Of a stretch of DNA of 55,131 bases, positions 1 through 8,880 are shown piece by piece. The stretch comes from a virus (lineage: Duplodnaviria > Caudoviricetes), in IMG/VR virus record IMGVR_UViG_3300046028_005522, positions 1 through 55,131 of that record; one strand, given 5' to 3'. Each line of letters begins with the position of its first letter. Positions within the stretch are counted from its first letter, which is position 1. A model generated the notes under the pieces. That model saw nothing but the letters and a program-made list of their open reading frames with translations, did not search any database and was not told the DNA's origin. A program made the translations under genes and the position numbers.

Positions 1-354
1 ACCTGTTGCTACATTTGTTTTCACAATGTCATACAAGTGGGGAGGCTCATAACTGCCATAGACATCTTTGCGGAGCATGGAGAGTCGTTGTTTGCCTGCC
101 ACATGCTGATAGTTAGTGTGCCCAACATCAGGATTTTGCTCTACATCAATGAGATCCACAATGGCTCGCAGTGTAATACCGTCAATTTCTTTAGTTGTGA
201 TGCCGTCATAAAAGTGTAGTTGAGCTTTGATCTCTACCATACTCTGACTAACATCTGCTATGCCTGCGCACACTTTGGCAATTTGGGTTTGCCATTTTTC
301 CAAAGCCAATGGCTCTCGGGTGCCATCTCTTTTAAGAACTGTAATTATTTTCAT
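1..354 (-). CDS. nrdA: Ribonucleotide reductase class Ia alpha subunit, N-terminal ATP cone (partial, runs off window)
   Basis: Manual translation (not in ORF track): MKIITVLKRDGTREPLALEKW...FYDGITTKEI...NYQHVAGKQRLSMLRKDVYG, a typical NrdA ATP cone. Confidence 0.93.
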   Translation of the reverse strand, partial: MKIITVLKRDGTREPLALEKWQTQIAKVCAGIADVSQSMVEIKAQLHFYDGITTKEIDGITLRAIVDLIDVEQNPDVGHTNYQHVAGKQRLSMLRKDVYGSYEPPHLYDIVKTNVATG

Positions 355-357
355 TTT

Positions 358-786
358 TTAACCAATTTTTTGTTGTATTTGTTGCTGACTAACACGGTGC
401 CGAGGGTTTTCTGGTCCTGGAGTGATATTTACGATTGTGTCCTTGTCCCAATTCAGTATATATTTCTTTTGAGGCGCATGGACTAAATTGTCACTACCAT
501 GATCGGCTAACCAGCACTTTTGCAAGTCTGCACGATCAATTATTGTTATAGTATACAGGATTCCTAGCCCACGAGCAAGCCCACAGAACAAATTGTCATC
601 CAATAGCTGCCAAGGATCGGGCCATTTGTCACAATCATCCCAGTGTAAATGATAAGGAATCCAGGGAGTAGAAAACCACCATTGGTTAATGGTGGTCAGG
701 GCCGATTCAACATCAGCAGTAGCAGCTTGGTTTCTCAGTGTGTTCCAAGACCCCAGGCGATCAGCAAATGTTCTAGGCCACATCAA
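358..786 (-). CDS. Hypothetical protein, possibly transglutaminase-like cysteine proteinase (BTLCP) fold
   Basis: INQWW...WPDPWQLLDDNLFC resembles the W-x-x-P...C region of BTLCP; overlaps upstream gene by ATGA. Confidence 0.45.
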   Translation of the reverse strand: MMWPRTFADRLGSWNTLRNQAATADVESALTTINQWWFSTPWIPYHLHWDDCDKWPDPWQLLDDNLFCGLARGLGILYTITIIDRADLQKCWLADHGSDNLVHAPQKKYILNWDKDTIVNITPGPENPRHRVSQQQIQQKIG

Positions 787-2558
787 ATGCCAAAGTTTGC
801 TACGGAATACCTAATTGAAGCATTTGTGCCAGTACTGGTACAAGTGTACCCCACTGACAGTTCAGTGCCGCTGTCTGCTGGGGTGAGTGTTACGCCAGTT
901 GACCCGTTTTCTGTAAAGTTGTCAACATAACTGAAACCAGTGGCAGTGGCAGCTTGGCCACCTGTTACTGTGATTGTGCCTCTGCGTCTGGTGTCAGATC
1001 TAGTGATCACGTAATCAAAACTAAACGAAGTGATAGCAGTTTTATCAATCACCACAAGGTTGCCGCTGCCATTATCTACCAGTGTGTCTGATATGCCTGC
1101 TGATCGCTTTAGCGTTCCAAGATCCAGGCTCATTCCAACGTTGGTAGTGGTTGCTTGCGATTGATAAAACACAATGTCTCTAGTGTTCTGACTCATTGCA
1201 ATGGAGTTTGTGGTAGCAAGACTGATTCTAGGATGGGTGCCGCTTTGACTGTCATTGCGCTCAAACAAGTCACCAACAGAAATATTATTGTTGGCGTCAA
1301 TGCTGATGATAGCCGCTGCTGGCAATGTGGCGCCATTGAAGTGATTGGCCACATCATAGAACACATTGTAACCAGTGCCGTTGAGACTACAGTCTTGAAT
1401 TATAATACCTTCGCCGTAGATGTTGTCAAACACATTGTGCAACACTTTGAAACCACTTGGCCCGCCATCAACTGGTGTGGCACTGCCTAACACCACACCT
1501 TGATATAGTATATCAAACCAACCATTACTGACAGTGACTCCGGCAGTTTGGTGGTCAGTGTTGATACCATAAGTCATGCCAGTGAATTTGCATTTGTCAA
1601 TGGTAATTTCTGTGCAAGGCAATGCAGTGGTTGAACTGAACAAAACACCGCTGACGTCTTCCACAGCATCTTGTAACTCTACAGTAGTGAGATTGCTGGC
1701 AAAGGTCACATTATCCATACTGACTTTTTTAGCCTTTTCAATCAAACACACATTGTGACTGCCTGACTCGGTGGTCTGGAATGACATGCTGGATATTTCA
1801 ATATTTTGTGGAGGACTTGCTCCGCCCACTCCAATGTTAACACCAGTTTGCTGTTGACTGTCGGCAGTTCTAACAACCAATTCTGGTAGTGCGGCTACTG
1901 CTAACCAATAGCTTGCATTGGTTAGCAAAATTCCAGTGGCTGGCACCGCGGCAATACTACGGTAGTAGCTGCCTGAACTTTTGACCAACACACCAGATGC
2001 ATAGGCAGTGTTTGCAGCCCAAGTTTGCACAGTAAAATAAATGATACTGGAATCAGCACCTTCTCCATACAGTTTGGCCCAAGGCGGGATCAGTATAGTT
2101 TTGGTAACAACGTAGCGGCCTGCTGGGAAAAATAAGCTTCGACGTATTTGCGTGTTGTTTTGCACACAGAACAATTGATACAGTGCTCGATTGATAGCAT
2201 CACTGTCATCCGTGCTGCCATCGCCTGTGGCACCAAAGTCTGTTACAACAGCATAACTGTCCAGTCTGCTTTGTATGCTTTGACTGACAGGATCACCAGA
2301 CGTGGGACCTGTTTGTACTGTGTAGCCAGCTGCTTCGCCTTGGTAGGTGTATGCTGTAGCAAAACTAAGAATGTCTGAAAACTCTGTAAGAACTTCAGTA
2401 TTTCCTACTATTGGAGCACCGTCAGCAATGGTGCCGTTACCAATGTAGAGTTTGCGCTGGTCAATTGCCCAGCCGAATTCGGCTCCGGCTAAGGGTTGAG
2501 GCAGGTCTGTCTCAAGCCCGGTTCGTTGGGTTATTCTAGATACTTGTACTATTGCCAC
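783..2558 (-). CDS. Virion structural protein with pectate-lyase-like beta-helix (tail spike/fibre type)
   Basis: GAEFGWAIDQRKLYIGNG N-terminal motif; VTDFGATGDGSTDDSDAINRA and LFFPAGRY pectate-lyase-3 motifs; TAAATA box upstream. Confidence 0.8.
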   Translation of the reverse strand: MAIVQVSRITQRTGLETDLPQPLAGAEFGWAIDQRKLYIGNGTIADGAPIVGNTEVLTEFSDILSFATAYTYQGEAAGYTVQTGPTSGDPVSQSIQSRLDSYAVVTDFGATGDGSTDDSDAINRALYQLFCVQNNTQIRRSLFFPAGRYVVTKTILIPPWAKLYGEGADSSIIYFTVQTWAANTAYASGVLVKSSGSYYRSIAAVPATGILLTNASYWLAVAALPELVVRTADSQQQTGVNIGVGGASPPQNIEISSMSFQTTESGSHNVCLIEKAKKVSMDNVTFASNLTTVELQDAVEDVSGVLFSSTTALPCTEITIDKCKFTGMTYGINTDHQTAGVTVSNGWFDILYQGVVLGSATPVDGGPSGFKVLHNVFDNIYGEGIIIQDCSLNGTGYNVFYDVANHFNGATLPAAAIISIDANNNISVGDLFERNDSQSGTHPRISLATTNSIAMSQNTRDIVFYQSQATTTNVGMSLDLGTLKRSAGISDTLVDNGSGNLVVIDKTAITSFSFDYVITRSDTRRRGTITVTGGQAATATGFSYVDNFTENGSTGVTLTPADSGTELSVGYTCTSTGTNASIRYSVANFGI

Positions 2559-2573
2559 GGTGATGGTCCTCGA

Positions 2574-3311
2574 CTATGACATATTTAGCACGTAGTACTG
2601 TTCAACCTTTTTCCACCACATGGTGCGATACTTCTCAAATTCCCCGCCTTCCAGCACAAATTCCTGGTATTTGGGCTGTCCTACGATGTTGTGTTGCTCA
2701 TCTAGATCAGGCTTAACACACATCAAAATTACACCTTTTTTAATCCGTGTGCCATGCAATTCATTGTGTGCTTCTGCGTATGCACACAGTTGCACAAAGT
2801 AGTCATCAATCCACTCGCGCTTTTTGGGTTTGTTGGTTTGCTTGTAGTCCAGGATTGATTCTTCATTTAAATGAATGCCGGCACCGTCTGTTGTGCCTGC
2901 ATACACGCCGGGAAAATACAAGGGTACTTCGATACCCCAAAATTCACTTACATTTTTTAGTCCCTTGTTGACCACTTCTTCTGCCATGATATGGCTGGGC
3001 CAACTGAATGGGTTTGACCCACGAGCGGGTATGGCACCTTCTCTGATGTACTTTTCAAGATAGGTGTGCATTCTAGTACCACGATTGGCAGCTTCTGTTG
3101 TGATGGCCTGTGCTCGTTCCGCACCAACTGCTCGACGCCAGTTGTGCAAGGCAGCTTTGCTTTCTTCACTTTTGGTTCGGTCCAGGATAGTGGTCACACT
3201 AGGAAGTTTGTTGCCATCTGGTGTAGCATAAAATCTTTTGCCGTCTACAGTAACTCTGGGTATGGATGTGTAATTAAATTTTGGATTGTACATATTGGGT
3301 GTAGGCGTCAA
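2574..3311 (-). CDS. PD-(D/E)XK exonuclease
   Basis: PSVTTIL, RGTRMH, YAGTTD, ILDYKQ and QLCAYA motifs. Confidence 0.85.
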   Translation of the reverse strand: MTPTPNMYNPKFNYTSIPRVTVDGKRFYATPDGNKLPSVTTILDRTKSEESKAALHNWRRAVGAERAQAITTEAANRGTRMHTYLEKYIREGAIPARGSNPFSWPSHIMAEEVVNKGLKNVSEFWGIEVPLYFPGVYAGTTDGAGIHLNEESILDYKQTNKPKKREWIDDYFVQLCAYAEAHNELHGTRIKKGVILMCVKPDLDEQHNIVGQPKYQEFVLEGGEFEKYRTMWWKKVEQYYVLNMS

Positions 3312-4086
3312 CTATTTGTGTGAATGATGCTTTGCGCCATTTGAAAAATACTGCCAGGCGAGGATTTTCATCAGTGGGCGCATCAGGACAGTAAACACTG
3401 TGGCATTTATTTACATTGAGTATAAAAGGAAATTTATCAATTTTAACTTCGCAAACTTCGGTTACCTGACCTGGATTGAGTACTGTTTGGGTTAACTGGC
3501 GAATACTGTCAGTTAATAATGTGTGAGTAAATGGGATATTCAGTAATTCTGTTTTTATTGCGTCTGGAAGAAATTTAAACTCCCAGGGGTTTTTACAATC
3601 TGGCCAAGACTGATCTTTGATGTTTGAATAATGTTCGTTCCATCGGAGAACGTCAATATCGTGATCATAAAATTTTGTCCATGTATTCAAATGATTCTTC
3701 AATGGATGTACGATGCTGACAGATCTGGCGTTATCAATATGCACAGGCAAGTGTGTGCCAGCTATTGCTTGTAAACGTATTTCAGGAGCTTCGTTGATTA
3801 AATTAAAAAAATACTCATACTCATCAAGTAACAATTTTTCCAATTGTTCTGGCAAATGCCAAGTGGTAATTGATGCCATATTAACAAAATTATCTCCGTA
3901 GAAATCAAAAAAACATTGTTTATCATCGGGGTAATATTTTTTTACTATGTAATTGAGTTTCACTTGGTCTAGATCATATCGTGACTCATCGCCTAGTACT
4001 AATTTACTTCTATCTAAGTTAGACAATTCTGTTTTTAAATTTAGATTTAAGGAAAGGTAAGGAGCAGGTTCATAGTAATAATTCAT
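3274..4086 (-). CDS. 2OG-Fe(II) oxygenase-like protein, paralog of 4083-4910
   Basis: PVHID...CHSV...NPRL (HxD...H...R); start re-assigned to the ATG overlapping the upstream stop. Confidence 0.6.
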   Translation of the reverse strand: MNYYYEPAPYLSLNLNLKTELSNLDRSKLVLGDESRYDLDQVKLNYIVKKYYPDDKQCFFDFYGDNFVNMASITTWHLPEQLEKLLLDEYEYFFNLINEAPEIRLQAIAGTHLPVHIDNARSVSIVHPLKNHLNTWTKFYDHDIDVLRWNEHYSNIKDQSWPDCKNPWEFKFLPDAIKTELLNIPFTHTLLTDSIRQLTQTVLNPGQVTEVCEVKIDKFPFILNVNKCHSVYCPDAPTDENPRLAVFFKWRKASFTQIVDAYTQYVQSKI

Positions 4087-4910
4087 GACGATAAACAACT
4101 TGCAATATGTTGATACAGTGATTTTGGCCACTTTGCAAATAGTGACACTCGCGGATTGTCTTCAGTAAGGCTGTTTTCGGCATATCCTACACCATGTAAT
4201 TTGTTTATGTTCAACAAAGTTGGATGTGGATAGATTTCAACTTGATCAACATAAGAAAATGTGTCTGGCGGCGGTGTGGCATTAACACCTTTTTTAAATC
4301 TATCAGCATGTGCTGACTGTACTCTAGTCATTGAAAAAAAATTCACCGTGCTGTGACTGGCTGCTAATTCTGCCTGACAATATTCAGGTAGATTCACAAT
4401 ACTTGCCGGAGTCTCGCACAGTGGCCAAGATGGATCTTTGATATTGGCATAGTGGTCTTGCCAAAGTTTTATGTCTTCTGAAAATTCATAGAATTGAGTA
4501 AAACAGTTTTTGTGATTGGCCACTGGAAAAATCAAACTGGTTGTTTTTGTTATATCCACATGCACAGGAATCATACTTCCGCCACACACAATCTGAAGCC
4601 TAATGATCGGTTGATCGTCGAACTCTGTTAAAAATGTCCATTGAGATCGAATTTCTTGTTCAATCTCAGCAGGTAACTCAAAGTTAAACATAGTTCCTAT
4701 TAACTTATTTTCGAGTCCATAAAACGATTGGTACTGGGATCGTAAATTTTCTGGAACTCCCATGCTTGTATTATACTCTAAATCATGCCAATTTAAATTT
4801 TCATAAATGTCTTTTTTAGCCATGCGTTGCCAAGGCAGTTTTTTTACCGCGGCCACAATGTCATTTGACAAACTAATGTTTGGCAATGTTTGATAGTAAA
4901 AAGATCTCAT
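4083..4910 (-). CDS. 2OG-Fe(II) oxygenase-like protein
   Basis: PVHVD...LHGV...NPRV; colinear similarity with the neighbouring gene. Confidence 0.6.
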   Translation of the reverse strand: MRSFYYQTLPNISLSNDIVAAVKKLPWQRMAKKDIYENLNWHDLEYNTSMGVPENLRSQYQSFYGLENKLIGTMFNFELPAEIEQEIRSQWTFLTEFDDQPIIRLQIVCGGSMIPVHVDITKTTSLIFPVANHKNCFTQFYEFSEDIKLWQDHYANIKDPSWPLCETPASIVNLPEYCQAELAASHSTVNFFSMTRVQSAHADRFKKGVNATPPPDTFSYVDQVEIYPHPTLLNINKLHGVGYAENSLTEDNPRVSLFAKWPKSLYQHIASCLSS

Positions 4911-5230
4911 ACTCTAAAACTTTCGCCGCAGCCGCAGCGATCGCGTTCATTGGGGTTGAGGAATTCAAACCCTTCATTGAGGCCTTGGCGCACATAGTCC
5001 ACAGTAACGCCTTGCAGATACACTTCGTTTTTCTTATCAACCAGTACCACAAAGTCTGCTTGGGCATAGTTGATATCAGTGTCTGAAGGCTTATACTCTT
5101 GTACATACTCTAACACATAAGCCAGGCCCGAACAACCTGTAGTTTTTACCCCAAGGCGAATGCCAGCATAGTTTTTGGCTTGCAGTAGTCGTTTTACTTT
5201 GGTGTATGCCTGATCAGTTAGAGAGATCAT
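4907..5230 (-). CDS. iscA: Fe-S cluster A-type carrier IscA
   Basis: IRLGVKTTGCSGLAY and NPNERDRCGCGESF. Confidence 0.96.
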   Translation of the reverse strand: MISLTDQAYTKVKRLLQAKNYAGIRLGVKTTGCSGLAYVLEYVQEYKPSDTDINYAQADFVVLVDKKNEVYLQGVTVDYVRQGLNEGFEFLNPNERDRCGCGESFRV

Positions 5231-5600
5231 GCTTTTTTCTGTAGTCCTCTACTGCGGCCTTTATAGCATCTTCAGCAAGAATAGAACAATGAATCTTGAC
5301 TGGTGGCAGCGCGAGTTCTTCAGCAATCTCTGAATTTTTAAGAGCTGCCGCTTGGTCAAGCGTTCGTCCTTTAACCCACTCGGTAACAAGAGAGGATGAG
5401 GCAATCGCACTGCCGCATCCGTATGTTTTGAACCTTGCGTCTGTGATGATGCCATCTTGTACCTTGATTTGCAGTTTCATTACGTCGCCGCAAGCAGGTG
5501 CGCCAACCATACCAGTACCAATATCAGTATCACTCTTGTCAAAAGAGCCGACATTCCGGGGATTTTCATAGTGATCAACAACTTTATCTGAGTATGCCAT
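5214..5600 (-). CDS. iscU: Fe-S cluster scaffold IscU
   Basis: DHYENPRNVG, GAPACGDVMKLQI, YGCGSAIASSS, LPPVKIHCS. Confidence 0.98.
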   Translation of the reverse strand: MAYSDKVVDHYENPRNVGSFDKSDTDIGTGMVGAPACGDVMKLQIKVQDGIITDARFKTYGCGSAIASSSLVTEWVKGRTLDQAAALKNSEIAEELALPPVKIHCSILAEDAIKAAVEDYRKKHDLSN

Positions 5601-5601
5601 A

Positions 5602-5904
5602 TTACATTCTTACCAGTACTTCTTGATAGTATCCGTTGTGCAACACCAACTGCTTGCGATAAGGCACGCCGTCGATATACACAACGTCACTGGGACTCAG
5701 AGACATCACTGGAGGTTGTTGTACTACCAGGGGTCTGGTGATAGCATAAACCACAACGCCGCCGATCACAGCAGGGGCCACCCATCCCCAACCTCCGCCA
5801 TGATGACGATGATGCGGTGTGTGTAATGCAGATCCGTGATATCCGTTAGGTCCAGCAAATGCGCTGGAGGTAACAAAAGTTAAAATGGTTAGAAGTCGTT
5901 TCAT
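5602..5904 (-). CDS. Small exported/membrane protein, His/Gly-rich
   Basis: Signal peptide MKRLLTILTFVTSSAFA, HTPHHRHHGGG, then a hydrophobic stretch; AAGGAGG RBS. Confidence 0.65.
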   Translation of the reverse strand: MKRLLTILTFVTSSAFAGPNGYHGSALHTPHHRHHGGGWGWVAPAVIGGVVVYAITRPLVVQQPPVMSLSPSDVVYIDGVPYRKQLVLHNGYYQEVLVRM

Positions 5905-5924
5905 ATCAGCCTCCTTATGTAAGC

Positions 5925-5953
5925 AGTATACTGTATTTAACGCCTTGTGTCAA
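5925..5953 (-). promoter_or_regulatory. Sigma70 promoter with embedded TAAATA box driving the 5904-iscU-iscA operon
   Basis: TTGACA-17nt-TATACT; TAAATA at 5934-5939 in the spacer. Confidence 0.8.
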
Positions 5954-5967
5954 CCAATGGTTGACTG

Positions 5968-6327
5968 TTACATTGGACGTTTCATGGCCGATTTGGCCAT
6001 TTTATCTACCACTTGTTGTGCTTGGGGAACTGACATTTTGGGCTGTACCGTTTGTTCGGCGCCGCCTTTGAACACAATGGGGTCAGTTGAGCCAGGTTGT
6101 ATGGGTTCTAACACATTGCTCAATGGTGGTTGCCCAACTAGATCCATTATGTTTCGTTGATTGACAGGTACGTCAAGACTTTGGGCAATAGAGATAAAAG
6201 CATCTTGACTGATTTGTTTTTGACTGTTGGTGTCGTCTGCACGACCATTCAGAAAATCTACTAGACCCAGAAGTTTGTCTGGGTCAGGTGTTGCACCATC
6301 AAAGGTATCAACTTCAAAGATTTTCAT
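5968..6327 (-). CDS. Putative internal head protein
   Basis: N-terminus MKIFEV resembles a capsid targeting sequence; lies in late gene block. Confidence 0.55.
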   Translation of the reverse strand: MKIFEVDTFDGATPDPDKLLGLVDFLNGRADDTNSQKQISQDAFISIAQSLDVPVNQRNIMDLVGQPPLSNVLEPIQPGSTDPIVFKGGAEQTVQPKMSVPQAQQVVDKMAKSAMKRPM

Positions 6328-7232
6328 TATCTACGGCCACGACCCAGTGCGCCTGCTGTGCCCACTGGCTCTTCAGCTGGAGCAGCCATGTCAGCACCTG
6401 CGTCGGTGGCAGCAGCATCAAGATCGGCACCTACATCAGCGCCCATATCAGCACCAGCGGCCATGTCAGCACCCATGTCAGCACCAAGTTCGGCGCCTAG
6501 GTCTGCACCAGCTGTGCTGGGTGCGGCTTGGCCAGTTACCACGCCAAGTGCTTGATCAAGTTGTTGCTTGGCACCTTGGAGGTTTTGCACTAGACCAGTA
6601 AGTGCGGCTGTGGCATCTGCGTTGAATTGCGAAGCTTGGTCAATGCCCACTTGATTCTTGATTGAATCAACTAGAGCTGGCAGTTCTTTAAATTGCATTT
6701 CACTAGCATCTTCCAACATTGATTGCATCTTGTCAACCATGTCTTGTGCAGCCAGCACCACTTGAGCTTGTTGCACTTCAGATTCTTTCAGCATGCGATA
6801 AGCATTGCGCAAGCGGCTTTCAGCTTTCATCAAGGCAGCGCCTGCAACAAGTTTTTGTTCGTCGGGATTCAATGTTTGACCTGCGGCACTCTTTTTTAGA
6901 GCAGCAGCCAATTTAGGATCTTTTACTTGTGCAGCTGGTTGAGCAGCGCCAGCAGTTGGTTGAGCACCTGGCACTGGAACATCCATCTCTTTAAGACGTG
7001 TGGCCAATGCCTGTTCCATCATCATGAGCTTGAGATAGGTTGGATTGCGTTCGCTGGTGTGGCGTGCCATTGAGCCTTTGTGCTCGCCAAGTAGGCCTTG
7101 CACCTTGCGAAGCATTTGACGTGTTTGTCCAGCGTTGAGACGTTCAACGCTGATGCGTGAGCCAAAATAACTTTCAAACGTCTTGGTGATCAGACGAGTT
7201 TTTTTAGGTGTGGCTAGTTCTTGCAGTTTCAT
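6327..7232 (-). CDS. Putative prohead core/scaffold-like protein
   Basis: Probable start MKLQELA behind TAAATA (7256-7261); helical, LKE sites, acidic GADM repeats at C-terminus. Confidence 0.55.
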   Translation of the reverse strand: MKLQELATPKKTRLITKTFESYFGSRISVERLNAGQTRQMLRKVQGLLGEHKGSMARHTSERNPTYLKLMMMEQALATRLKEMDVPVPGAQPTAGAAQPAAQVKDPKLAAALKKSAAGQTLNPDEQKLVAGAALMKAESRLRNAYRMLKESEVQQAQVVLAAQDMVDKMQSMLEDASEMQFKELPALVDSIKNQVGIDQASQFNADATAALTGLVQNLQGAKQQLDQALGVVTGQAAPSTAGADLGAELGADMGADMAAGADMGADVGADLDAAATDAGADMAAPAEEPVGTAGALGRGRR

Positions 7233-7680
7233 TTGAGAATCCTCTAAGTTGTATATATTTAGCCGAAGATATACATTTTTCAAGTTCGGCTGTGACAGCA
7301 GAATTTAAAGAAATCTTAGGTTCAAGTTTGGTTTTGACCATTTCTCTAAATTCAGCGGATCTACTGAGTTTGCTTAGACCACTGCGACATGCAATGTCAT
7401 TGTCTAAGAATTGTTTTTTAAAGTCCAACACTTTGATCTGTTGCGACAATGAAGCTTGGTTGTTTTTATCGGCTATGCACCAAGAAATTGCTGATCGTTT
7501 GCTACCAAAGGATCCCACAAAGTTTGCATAATGCCAAACATTAAACACTTGCTGCTCTGGTGTGATGTGATATTTTCCAAACACAACCCAACCACCTGAG
7601 TTATCATCCAAAATCATTTTGTCAATACTGTGGCGCATTTCACGCTCGGCCCAGCGTTCAAGTTTTTGTTCTCGAGTCAT
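7204..7680 (-). CDS. Hypothetical protein
   Basis: ATG (MTREQK) overlaps stop of upstream gene. Confidence 0.7.
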   Translation of the reverse strand: MTREQKLERWAEREMRHSIDKMILDDNSGGWVVFGKYHITPEQQVFNVWHYANFVGSFGSKRSAISWCIADKNNQASLSQQIKVLDFKKQFLDNDIACRSGLSKLSRSAEFREMVKTKLEPKISLNSAVTAELEKCISSAKYIQLRGFSNETARTSHT

Positions 7681-7940
7681 TTGAGTACGTAGTGCGAGAC
7701 TAGCCAGCCTACTGTGCCAGCTAAAAATGTTATGATTCCCAGGCCCCAAGAAATCAATTGATTGTTGCGTTTTTCAGACATGGTATGCACAATTTCATGC
7801 ACTTCTTTGACCACTGCTTTGACATCGTCGATGTCTTTTTGCACTGAACTGATTTGCAGTTCCAGGGCTTTGTATCGCTCGGCACACAGTTCAACGTGGG
7901 CTTCGAGACTTTTCTTTTCAATGTCGGTGGTGTCTGCCAT
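7677..7940 (-). CDS. Coiled-coil protein with C-terminal TM helix (holin/XhlA-like architecture)
   Basis: Heptad region followed by LISWGLGIITFLAGTVGWLV; TAAATA 7 nt upstream. Confidence 0.55.
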   Translation of the reverse strand: MADTTDIEKKSLEAHVELCAERYKALELQISSVQKDIDDVKAVVKEVHEIVHTMSEKRNNQLISWGLGIITFLAGTVGWLVSHYVLK

Positions 7941-7942
7941 AA

Positions 7943-8356
7943 TCAGTTATTTACCGTTTCAAACCAAATGTTCTGGTCAGGACGCAGTACTGTTTCCACA
8001 ACTTCCTGCTCGTCTAGCCCAGTTAGCATGGGCACTCCGTTGCAGTCTTGATGCAGTGCCGCAAAAGGATCATGATTTCCTGAAATGCCAAATGTGCTTT
8101 CAGCTTCAACTTCAAAGCTAAAACTCCACACACCTTTGTTACAGCGCGGTGCCTGAATGCGCTCTGGTTGACTGCGCAGACTGATTATTTGAATCAGTGT
8201 TTCAAAGTTTCGCTGTTGATTTCTTGCTCTGTTCCAGTCATTGACGTTGTTGATTGCTTGACCAACTTGATCATCAAATGGGATTTGACCTATGCGAAAA
8301 TGCCCAGTGATCCCAGTGGGCGAGCAGTCAAAGAGGGTTTTGCACATATACTTCAT
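7943..8356 (-). CDS. Hypothetical protein
   Basis: ORF packed in the late block; TAAATA 7 nt upstream. Confidence 0.7.
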   Translation of the reverse strand: MKYMCKTLFDCSPTGITGHFRIGQIPFDDQVGQAINNVNDWNRARNQQRNFETLIQIISLRSQPERIQAPRCNKGVWSFSFEVEAESTFGISGNHDPFAALHQDCNGVPMLTGLDEQEVVETVLRPDQNIWFETVNN

Positions 8357-8373
8357 CGTGTGATATTTACGGC

Positions 8374-8406
8374 AAAAAAATACCCCGGAGTTTTTAATCC
8401 CGGGGT
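8374..8406 (-). terminator. Rho-independent terminator
   Basis: ACCCCGG...CCGGGGT stem then T7 tract on the minus strand, after the 8428-8817 gene. Confidence 0.85.
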
Positions 8407-8427
8407 GGTTTAGAACAAGTCTAAAAA

Positions 8428-8817
8428 TTAAGCAGCCAGCTTGAAACCGTTAGCTGTTGCGCTGTCCAACTGATAACCAGTGAAGGTAATGTTGGCAGCA
8501 GCCAAAGCTGTAGCGGCGTTAGCAAAAGCACCAGTTGGGTAGTATGCAACTGACAAAGCAGTTGTATCAACTTGGTACATAGCCACTGTGCAAGTTTGTT
8601 GCAGAGCTTGAATAACGTTAGCAACGTATTCCTGAACACCAGACTGAGTAGCCATGCTGTTGTTAGCAACCAAGCGAACAAAGTCCAGTTTAGGACCAGC
8701 TGGTTGAACTGTAGCAGTAGCGCCAGTGGTGCTTGTAGAAGCAGCGATTGGACCGTTTTGTACGTCTAGTGCAAATACCGGTTGTGCATCACCATTTACG
8801 GGGGTAATATAAGCCAT
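8428..8817 (-). CDS. Small, probably abundant virion protein (capsid-decoration type)
   Basis: Ala/Thr-rich 129 aa; own TAAATA (8860-8865), AAGGA RBS and terminator. Confidence 0.6.
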   Translation of the reverse strand: MAYITPVNGDAQPVFALDVQNGPIAASTSTTGATATVQPAGPKLDFVRLVANNSMATQSGVQEYVANVIQALQQTCTVAMYQVDTTALSVAYYPTGAFANAATALAAANITFTGYQLDSATANGFKLAA

Positions 8818-8880
8818 GATAAATTTCCTTTAAGTTAGTGGTCCTTGTGGACCTGCTTTTATTTAGCCTTTTGGTAAAAA

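Noticed and set aside
6380-6510. Short imperfect repeats
   Set aside because: They encode the GADM/GADL low-complexity tail.
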